A program made the translations under genes and the position numbers. Below the pieces are notes generated by a model, which saw only the letters and a program-made list of their open reading frames with translations, was not told the DNA's origin and did no database searches. DNA of 64,000 nucleotides from Hormiphora californensis (Eukaryota; Animalia; Ctenophora): NCBI GenBank assembly GCA_020137815.1, contig CM035361.1, positions 4,774,001 to 4,838,000 on the forward strand. Direction: 5' to 3'. Below, piece by piece: positions 37,701 to 47,539 of this stretch (the stretch's first letter is position 1; every line of letters begins with the position of its first letter).

Positions 37701-40700
37701 TCCAAACTCTTATCTCATCGTTTTCAATGGTTTAGGAGTCAAAAACCTCAAAAAAATGGCAAAAAATCAATTTTTAACCATTTTCCGGTCATTTTAGAGA
37801 TTTGAATTTAACGGCAATCGAAAAATTTTTTTAGGCTATGATCTTTTTTTCCCGCACTGAAGCGTCATTCTGTAGACCCTCAGCTACCACTTCTCACATA
37901 TCACTTATCAGTTTCGCACTTCTCACATATCACTTATCAGTTTCGTTTGAAAAGCTCGCTCCTGATAGTATTTTGATCTTGCACCGTTGTACACGCGAAC
38001 GAGCATGGCCTCCAAGTTGGATCGTGCCTTCACTATATCTGGCGGAATGGCGGCCCGGGCAACAGAGCTACTACTGCTGATTACAGCCGGCTGGAGATGT
38101 CTATCGTATCTACCTTGAGACGAGTCGGTGGGTACCCTGACCCTAACAAGGAAGGTGGTTGGTGACATAGACACCGTGCGCGACCAAGATTGAGCTCACA
38201 CACAGGTGTCTGCTCCGCCCCAAAAAGGGTCGTTTCTTTCAAGGGATGTTGCACGCGATCCACGTACTGAACCGATTTGCATCCGGTTTGTCGCAAAAGA
38301 CTACAAATGATCCTAATATACTGGAAAATGCCCGAGAAGTTTGTCTGTCAACAGGAAGTGGGTCAAAATTGACACTGAAGTCAAATCTATATTCTGCCGG
38401 CTTCCGAGAGTTTCTGCACTACGCCCATGCGATTTAGAAGATATTGGGAGATATGTTGATGCAATTAGCATCAGCTATTAATGCCGGGTATTTTCCAGTA
38501 CTCACAAGTCCACAAGAGTTCAACCTATCTTCTGATACCCTCAGATTCATTCTAAACCGTCTGGGAGTGGTGCAAAAAGGCTCAGAAGCCAGATTACAGA
38601 TTTGACTTCAGTGTCAATTTTGACCCACTTCCTGTTGACAGACAAACTTCTCGGGTATTTTCCAGTATATTAGGATCAATTTGTAGTCTTTCGCGTGCAA
38701 TTTGGCTTGAAAGACACGACCCTTTTTTTAGGGGGCGGAGCGGACACCTATGTGCGAGCTCGATCTCGCACGCACTAGGTGTCAATGTCACCAAGGAAGG
38801 TGGCACATTTGACCTGATATGAACAAGCTGACCACCACCTATCTCTCAACTCTAGATACCAACAAGAAACTTAGTTTTATTTCTGATATGGTGGGCTTAC
38901 TTTGGTAACGTGCTCTCCCTCTCAGTCGGTTAGCTAAGAAGAACTTGTCAGATGACATGCGATCGGTTCAGAACAGTTCTATGTGTAGCGATGAATCAAA
39001 AGAGAAGGTAGAGAAGCTTATGGAGCATCTGGACCACACCCGAGACCGTCTTGACAGTGCTACAGATCTGTTATTAGAACGTGATTCTAAGATCATCGAA
39101 CTGCAATCAGAGATCAGTGCCCTGAAAGACTCGATCATATGCATATCCATGAAAGATACCATGCTAGAGAGGAGCGTGACCGCTGTACAGACAGTTGTTA
39201 AGGACGAGATTCAGAACTACTCAGCTGTTCTCCAGACAGCTGCTACTGCTGTGAACCAGACCTGTGTATCTGCCCTTGCTCCCAGCAAACTACGAACAGC
39301 GATTGCCAGCGCTTCAGTTGATCGTAGTAACAACTTGATGGTGTACGGTCTGCCAGAGAGTGACCAGCTAAGCGACAGTACTTTAGTCAAGGATCTATTT
39401 GAACATTTGTCTGAAGCACCAGTGTTATCAGAGGTGGCACGACTTGGTAGGAGACTGGAGAGGTGGTGAGGGAGTGCGGCCAGTGCGGGTGGTGCTGAGG
39501 AACAGAGAGATTGCCAGGACTATTTTGGGGAAATCAGCGACGCTGAAGGACTCTGACCAGTATCAGTCAGTGTTTGTTGCACCGGACAGATCAGTAGAAG
39601 AGAGAGCAGAGAGAAAAGAATTAGTTACTAAACTGAGAGAGAGAGAAGAGAAAATGAACCTGATAAAGTGTGGAGGATTAGAAGAGGCTCTATTGTAGAG
39701 AGTGAGACGTGAGAAGTGTTGCGAGAGATTAGAAATTAATGAGTTAACTTTTTGAGATACGGATTTATTTTATGTTTTATAATTTATTTATGGTTTTCAG
39801 TTTTGTAAAGACATAGTGCGGACCAGGGTGGGGTAACAGGTTCAAAGCACACATAAGACCTAATCGTCTTCGTGCTAACGACCCTGTTACGTCACCCTGA
39901 ATCCTCACTCAGTTTGGTCTGTGTGGCTGGTTTGCTTCCTATTATATGTTTATTTCGGCGCAATGCCACTGCCAGCGGCAGTTTTGATTGATTGATTGAT
40001 TGAAGTGGTGGTTTCCCGTAGCATGCTAGGTCGTGTTAAAGTTTCACCAGGCACGCCGTGAATTAGGGTAAACCGGGGCAAAATGGTTAACTTTTTACTT
40101 AATCGGTTCTCACCCCCGTTTAAAAAAAGATACAATGAAAAAAATTGTATAGGATTAAAGTTCATTATCTTATCGTTCAAATAAGATAAATTTCAACTCT
40201 AGGGACCATTATTTACTTAATTAAATATGTACCTAATTTAAAAATTTTGGTAGTCAAAACTAGTAGGCCCGTTCGCCCTACGGGCGAATTTCGGGGAAAT
40301 ACTAAATAGTAGCTGGATATTAGAGAACGCTGACATCACCTGTACCATCCGTTCCTAGCCTATCTCTCACTTTCTCCCTACCCATGTTGTTGTACGCTCT
40401 GGGCTTCCTGACAATGCAATGTCAAGGTGCGAATTTAAGAGATCAATGTCATGGAGGTGCAGTGCTGTTCCAGAAACTTATCACGTGAAAACTTGGCCGC
40501 TATGTAGCCGATTTGGATATTTCTATATTCGACTGGAGTAATCACCCTTGGGCGACGTTGGGTAAAGCTATCCGTAGTCGTTGATTGGCTTGCTTGAACA
40601 CATTGGCGTAATCTGTCATATTCTCTAGCCTGTTCCCTGACGGCAGCAGTTCTCCTGGACCTAGATAAACGTTGCCGAATAGCGCTTGGGGTGGAAGAGC

Positions 40701-42986
40701 TAGACATCAGGACAGAAGTAAAAGAATGCACGTGCAGAATTGAATTTCCCCTTGGTACCCAACTGCAAGCGGGAGAGAGGTATCCGGGTCCCTCTAATAA
40801 TTGCACGTGCAAGTGTAGTTGCTAGGTGATCTCTGTCACACAATTTGCTTAGTAAGTAGTATGATGATATGATTGGTACCGGGGCAAAATGGTTAACTCA
40901 CCCGTAGCGCCAAAACTAAGCATTTTAGAGTATATGTTTGTTCATAAGTCATATATAAACCTAGCCATTCCGGAGCGGATTCTATAAGGAAAAATCAATT
41001 GGGTCACCCAATTAGCCACAATCAGCATACCCATCTTGGCACACACAAAAGACGTCATATTTCACTGGGATTTCACTAATTCGCCATTTATGAGTTATAA
41101 CTCCAAAACTAAGCATTTTATACCATATGTTGCTTCATAAGGCCATGTTTATATATGACTTATGAAGCAAAATGTGGTCTCAAATGCTTAGTTTTGGAGT
41201 TATGGGCAAATTAGTGAAATCCCAGTGAAATATGACGTCTTTTGTGTGTGCCAAGTTTAAACGGGGGTGAGAACCGATTAGGTAAAAAGTTAACCATTTT
41301 GCCCCGGTTTACCCTATGTTTAAAGTGAGAATGGACAGAATTCTGTCCACTCTAACTTTAAACATTATAAACAAGCTTGTCCAAGGGTCAGCACATACCA
41401 AAGTTAAAATTAAAATTTTGATTTTAAACCCGCACACACCAGTGCTGTTAACAAGAATAAATGCATTATGTTTCATAATGCTATGTTTCCCCGCCAACCT
41501 TAGGGTCTGACGGTCATCAACGCCGAAATAGGGAACAACATGTTTCTGAATGTGCTTTTCAATACGAATCCAACGCAACCGGAATTAGCTTTCTATCTTG
41601 TCGGGAAGTATCGCCCCCAAAAACCGGCAAAAGGGCTGTGCGCGAGCCAATTTGCCTATAATTACAGGTAAGGATAGGCTCGCGCGCATGAAATCGGGGT
41701 TTTTGGGGGTATCAGGGGGCGATACTTCCCGACAAGATAGAAAGCTAATTCCGGTTGTGTTGGATTCGTATTGAAAAGCACATTCAGAAACACGTTGTTC
41801 CCTATTTCGGCGTTGATGACCGTCAGACCCTAGCCAACCTTTCATTCCTAACATGAAGGCGGGACAGACATTTCGGATGATTTATACATCACGCAAACAG
41901 TATAGAACAAATCCTTGTGTTTTAGTTGCACTAAATTGTGCGCCACATTGCGGAATTGCGCGCCACACATTTCCTGAAAACGTTTCAATGAAGTGGTTTA
42001 TGAAGGAGCAGGTTGTTGTTGTGTGCGCGGCTCTAGTTGCTACATGTTTCGGGTTGCCCCTCGCAACCTGAAACGGGACAAGACAGCTGACTTGCTACAC
42101 ATAGTCACTATATCCGTTTAGATTTCTAAACCCCCTATGCCTTTTTGCAAAAGGCATCCGGGTGAAGGCCTTCGGCCTTCACCCGGGCGGGGAAAAAATT
42201 CTCTCCCCTATTCAATAAGTAACATCTCGCACACCATTTTAACGGTCGCGTTGGATGACAAACTGATTTTGGCAAGATGTTACATGTTGCAACATGTAAA
42301 AGCCTGCCAGCGCCCATGTCGCACGTGCCAATGCGCTGCACACAACAGGCGCTCAAAATTGGTGTGATCGCGCCCTAATCTTTTTTCAATTTTTGTCTTC
42401 CTGTATTCTTCTGTCTGGTGCCGCCGACCCCATCAGAGCTTATGTTGTTGCGGAGCTCGCGAAAAGGGGGTCGAGCCAGGCAAATCTGAGCGCACTGTTG
42501 AGAATCGAATTGGGGACTCTTGAATGCCTAAAACACATGAAAAATTCTTCCCCTACGTAAACAGAATGAAGCTGGAGAGCCAATTTTATTTCTCTCATGA
42601 TGGAATTCTAAATGCCTAAAATGAGTGAAAATCGGTTAAAAAGTCCGGGGGCCTCGCCCCTAGACACTCAAAAGGTGTTCGACCATGGACCCCCTGTAGC
42701 TGTGCATAAAAAATTACAATGCTTCGCACCGGCCCCCACCTCAATAATATCAACAAACCAAACATTTCAGACCGAGTTAAAAGTTGAAAGAGTGAGGGGT
42801 TGTGCAGAAGAGACGCTTACCTGTGATGCAGTGGAAACATTTAACAAAAGAGTGTTTGGTGACAACTATAAGCAAAAAGATTGCAAACTGACCTACTGCG
42901 ATTCTGATAACTGTAATGGTGCCGGATCAGCTTGGATCGCCAGTACCCTTCTAGCTCTGCCCCTCTTTCTGGCCATAGTGTATTAG
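31778..42986 (+). CDS. GPI-anchored Ly6/uPAR (three-finger) protein, copy B, 146 aa
   Basis: Exons 31778-31870, 36289-36420 and 42771-42986, with the same lengths and phases as copy A; all 10 Cys kept; identical signal and GPI peptides. Confidence 0.88.
31874..35439. mobile_element. TA-TSD TIR element inserted in the intron-1 donor of Ly6 B, carrying nested insertions
   Basis: G-TA|GGGGAGACTTGGCCA...TGGCCAAGTGTCTCCCC|TA; intron sequence homologous to copy A resumes at ~35450. Confidence 0.7.
33410..35383 (+). pseudogene. 5'-truncated, frameshifted non-LTR retrotransposon RT (RTEX-like)
   Basis: QQGF..G..TSDH, CFIDYRKAFD, LLWADD, HLRFIKWALGV, RLSAHDLRVETSRY...CRFC...EQHVLKECPTY; (TTCTA)n tail at ~35362-35383. 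Clade assignment tentative. Confidence 0.75.
35721..36169. mobile_element. PIF/Harbinger-type palindromic MITE
   Basis: TTA TSD; empty site GGTGTTTTATGGTGTAGG in copy A at ~11976-11993. Confidence 0.85.
38047..40002 (+). mobile_element. ORF1-only non-LTR element (CR1/L2-type ORF1), degenerate
   Basis: Coiled coil plus NNLMVYGLPE, RLG, RPVRV and VFVAPDRS..ER motifs (38945-39712, frameshifted); hairpin at 39825-39899; (ATTG)n tail; no RT. Confidence 0.65.
38159..38794. mobile_element. TTGGTGACAT-family foldback element, 9-bp TSD
   Basis: Perfect TSD GGAAGGTGG at 38150-38158 and 38795-38803. Confidence 0.9.
40066..41314. mobile_element. Non-autonomous TA-TSD element (pogo/Tc1-like)
   Basis: TA|GGGTAAACCGGGGCAAAATGGTTAAC...GTTAACCATTTTGCCCCGGTTTACCC|TA. 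Confidence 0.8.
41501..41832. mobile_element. hAT-type palindromic MITE
   Basis: TAGGGTCTGACGG TIR; perfect 8-bp TSD GCCAACCT. Confidence 0.9.
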
Positions 42987-44977
42987 ACGTGGTAACTCGA
43001 ACCAAAATATCTTATGTATTAATAGTATGTATAGGGTAGCGACTGGCATCAGTGGTCCTGGCATGAGTTCTGACCTCTGATGTCTAATAATTCAAATCTG
43101 GTGCACCTGCTGGCCTGCAGTAGAGGGGGTGTTTCAAATTAGCCGCCATTTCAAATAGCCAGTCGCTACCCTAATTATTAGCGACCGAAGAATAGAGTGT
43201 GATATAGAACTTTTTAGTTTTTTTTTGACAACTACTTTGGCAAACGTATACCTACATTTAATCTTTATCTATTACTTACTCAACAAGTCTCGTCTACATT
43301 TTAGCTTACTATATCCCAGACTACACCTTGTATTGTTCATACAACAGCACAAACTACACCAACCTACACGTTAGAATGTTGACATTTGTGCTAATATAAG
43401 GTATACTATACTACTTAAGCAATTGAATCAACTGCAAATGGTTGCACTGTTGCAGTAACACACAGACGCCCATACCCCAATTTGACAGGAGCGACCATGA
43501 CTGCTGCACATGTCAGTGACTAGGGGCTGCAGCTTTACACAGATCACTGATCAGTCTCTTGAGATGAGGCTATTACTATTATAATACTAACGGCCAACTG
43601 GGATCTCGATTACCTACAACTCTGCATCTGGCTCATAGAATCCATGAGCCAGAGTCGTAGGCCAGCCTACAACTCTGGCTCATACTATGAAGTATGGCCG
43701 TATGGGTAGCATACGATAATGCCTTTGAGCAATAATGCCTTTGGGGAGTAACAGCATAGATAATTGGGTAAGGCAAAATACTAACAAACTATCTTGTTTA
43801 ATTTGTCCTGTAATCTATATTCCAAGTAAAGGCAAAACTGTCAACATCTGGGGTAAACCGCAGTTTTGCCTTCGATATATTTATCGAAGGCAAAACGATA
43901 AGTACGATAATGCCTTGGGATCAGTTTTGCCTTCACTCTAAATTACCTAATTATAGAATCAAAGGAAAGGCAAAACTGACCCAAGGCAAAACTGTCAACA
44001 CTGCACCTGGGGTAAACCGCAGTTTTGCCTTCGATAAATATATCGAAGGCAAAACACTATGCCAGCCTACAATTCTGGCTCATAGAATCAGATCACATTT
44101 CTATTGAGCCAGAGTTGCATGAGCCACTCAACAGTATAGTGACCTGAACAAGAGTCGGAATCAGCATCGGGAAATGAAAGATAGCACACATCCACACACT
44201 CAGATAAATCGCATATGGCTTTGTGTAGTGCTGACATTGCGCGCATCACTACTTTTCACACAAAAACATTGCCGCGCGTTCCTCGACACCGCGGATCAGG
44301 ATTGTTACTCCGCGACAGACGAGCCGGTCACTAATTCTGCGGAATGAGATCTCAGATCGGCCAGGCAATCATTTGACTTGTTAATCAATGCATCGCATTT
44401 AACTAGTTACTGGCACGGTTCACATATATAAGTAGGTTTTACAGAGTGATAAAAGTAAATTAAACTCTGTATTTTCCAACAAATTCTAAACCACTTGAAT
44501 TTACAGAAGGGGGTAACAAATTAATTTTAAAACAACACATACATCGAAACAACGCATACAGATACACACATATATCCCAAACCTTATAAAATGTCATGAA
44601 TCATCATCATCTGATTAGCAACAACTTACCATTTTAATATCTTTCTCTCTCTCTCTCCCCTTGCTAGTCTCCCTCGCTAAAGTCCGGATTTTAATTAAGT
44701 GAACCGGGGTGCACATTTGAATAATTGCACTTTCTTTCAATGTAACCAACATCAAGTCTTAGGAGCCAAAGAGATGATCAAAATGGTTTGTCACTCGCAA
44801 AAATACATTATTTGAATGCGTTCCCCCCGGTTCATATTATTAAACATAGCACTCTTCCCTCCTTCTCCCTCTCACACTATCATTTTCACTTGGCAAGGGG
44901 TTACTTCGTTACCAACATTTTCACACGCTCAAACTCTGTTCATTCTCGATCGCCCAATTTCACAATTTTCATCAGCT

Positions 44978-47410
44978 CTAATCTGCCTCGGGGGTGGAGG
45001 CATGCGAGAGCGGTTGGTAACTGTTACTCCCCGATCCCCGAACTCGGATCTCGTTGGTCACCAAATTGGAGCTTTCTATCGTTATCCCACCGGGATGGGA
45101 GGAGCTGTCTGTAATGTATTCCAAACTTTGTAGCGCATCTGCCCGTGACTGGAATGAGAGGTGTTTAGTAAACACTGTTTACATTAATTAACATGTTTGG
45201 AGAGTGAAAGAACTGTAATAAGATACGAAAAAAGGGATGATATTTGAACTTACATTTTCAATTGCCATAACTTTCAGTAATCCCTGCTGAGCTGCTGACT
45301 TTTTAATTCGATCCAGCATGCCATATCCCACTACCCTGAGGTCTTTCTTCGCACCCAGAACAACTGCCTGTGAGGTTGTGAGCAATTAGCATTAGATTAA
45401 AACTATGTAATAATCAATTAAATAATTAATTGAAAAGAAAAAGAAGGAGAATACATACTCGGTATCGACCTAAACTGGTCAATGGTTGGCCCTGTCCTAC
45501 AAATATTGGAGATTGACCCTATCTGGACTATTAATGACTATTGAATTATGTCTACATACCTCTGTGATTTTATCAAGACCGGTTGTATCGGCGAATGAAA
45601 CTGTCGTAAAATCAATAACTATTGCATTAACCTGAAAATACGGGCAGGTGATGAGAAGAAGCCCGACCCTTTAAGGGTACACCTCGGCAAAATTTTTGTC
45701 GAGTGCCCGCTTAGCTCTCCATATGGGGTTGTAGGGCATACCAAGCCGACCTCAAATATGCAATTTTAGCCCTTAACTCGAATTCATATTTTTGCTGCAG
45801 CCCCTCAAAGTTTGACCCTAAAAACCGGTTTTTAAGGTCCCTAAATTTTATTTTTAGGGCTAGAAAGCTGAAAATTTAGGGATTCATAGAGGATACCAAG
45901 GTGTATAGCTCAAACAGAAATTTTTTGAAATGGAGCTCAATTTTTTGTCTGAGACTATTTTACTTTTTTTGACTTTGAGGCCATATTTGGACATGTTCCT
46001 ATGGACCGTTAAGGCTAAAAATTGGATATTTGGTGCTCCTAACAATTGTCAAAGTAGCCACAAATTTTCAGGAGGTCCGAATTTGAAATGTGGCCTACAG
46101 GTTTCTTTTTGTAAAGCACATATTTTAGGAAAACTTAAAATGGTTATATCTCAAAAACGGTAGGTCCTAGCGATCTAATTTCGTGCTAAATCGATTCAGC
46201 GGGTCCGATTTTGGGGGGGTCGTCTCTTAGACATTTTGCTCTAAGTCTAACCGTTTTTTCAGAAATCGTATTTTAAGATTTGTACATGTTTAGCAGAAAT
46301 AGGTAAGATTAGCTCTAGCTAGAAGCATTTCTGCTACAAACCTTAAAATACGATTTCTGAAAAAACGGTTAGACTTAGAGCAAAATGTCTAAGAGACGAC
46401 CCCCCCAAAATCGGACCCGCTGAATCGATTTAGCACGAAATTAGATCGCTAGGACCTACCGTTTTTGAGATATAGCCATTTTAAGTTTTCCTAAAATATG
46501 TGCTTTACAAAAAGAAACCTGTAGGCCACATTTCAAATTCGGACCTCCTGAAAATTTGTGGCTACTTTGACAATTGTTAGGAGCACCAAATATCCAATTT
46601 TTAGCCTTAACGGTCCATAGGAACATGTCCAAATATGGCCTCAAAGTCAAAAAAAGTAAAATAGTCTCAGACAAAAAATTGAGCTCCATTTCAAAAAATT
46701 TCTGTTTGAGCTATACACCTTGGTATCCTCTATGAATCCCTAAATTTTCAGCTTTCTAGCCCTAAAAATAAAATTTAGGGACCTTAAAAACCGGTTTTTA
46801 GGGTCAAACTTTGAGGGGCTGCAGCAAAAATATGAATTCGAGTTAAGGGCTAAAATTGCATATTTGAGGTCGGCTTGGTATGCCCTACAACCCCATATGG
46901 AGAGCTAAGCGGGCACTCGACAAAAATTTTGCCGAGGTGTACCCTTAAGGGACCCTAGAAAGTTAAGAGACCCTTTAAGGGACCTTCTCGTGTAACTAAT
47001 TTGTTGGAAGGATGTCTTTCAGATGATCAATTAAAAGATTTGGGGTTATCTCTAATATTGTAAAACAAACCTTTGGTCCCAATTTGGGGTTATCTTTATT
47101 ATATGTGCCGTTTATCATTGCTGACATTTCTCCTTGACAGTAAATGCACCCAAATACCACAGGGCACCCTGAATAAAGAATTTATGAATACGTAATTAAA
47201 TAAGTAAATAAATAAATTTGAAGCAAAGTTATACACTTTTCACATTTAAGGAAAGTTTCTTGACAAGTTAGATTGTTATTCGCAGCCCCGCGAATCTTTT
47301 TTTTATAAAATAAAATAAAAGATTTTGAACAAACTTACATCAATTTTAAAAAGATACGTTCCATCTTGAAGATGCTGTATCTTGATGATAGGCCACATGT
47401 TCCTGCCCTG

Positions 47411-47491
<81 letters not shown>

Positions 47492-47499
47492 GAGGGGGG

Positions 47500-47539
<40 letters not shown>

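Larger units (their letters stand above)
36823..42197. mobile_element. ~400-bp inverted arms enclosing several nested elements
   Basis: 36823-37223 is the reverse complement of ~41450-41500 plus 41841-42197 once the hAT insertion is removed. Confidence 0.6.
27568..43395 (+). repeat. Segmental duplication copy B (Ly6 locus)
   Basis: Colinear with 8406-21785 but with a largely different set of TE insertions. Confidence 0.85.

Noticed and set aside
45930-46689. Twin 77-aa ORFs on opposite strands
   Set aside because: A by-product of the inverted arms of a foldback element; no transposase motifs.
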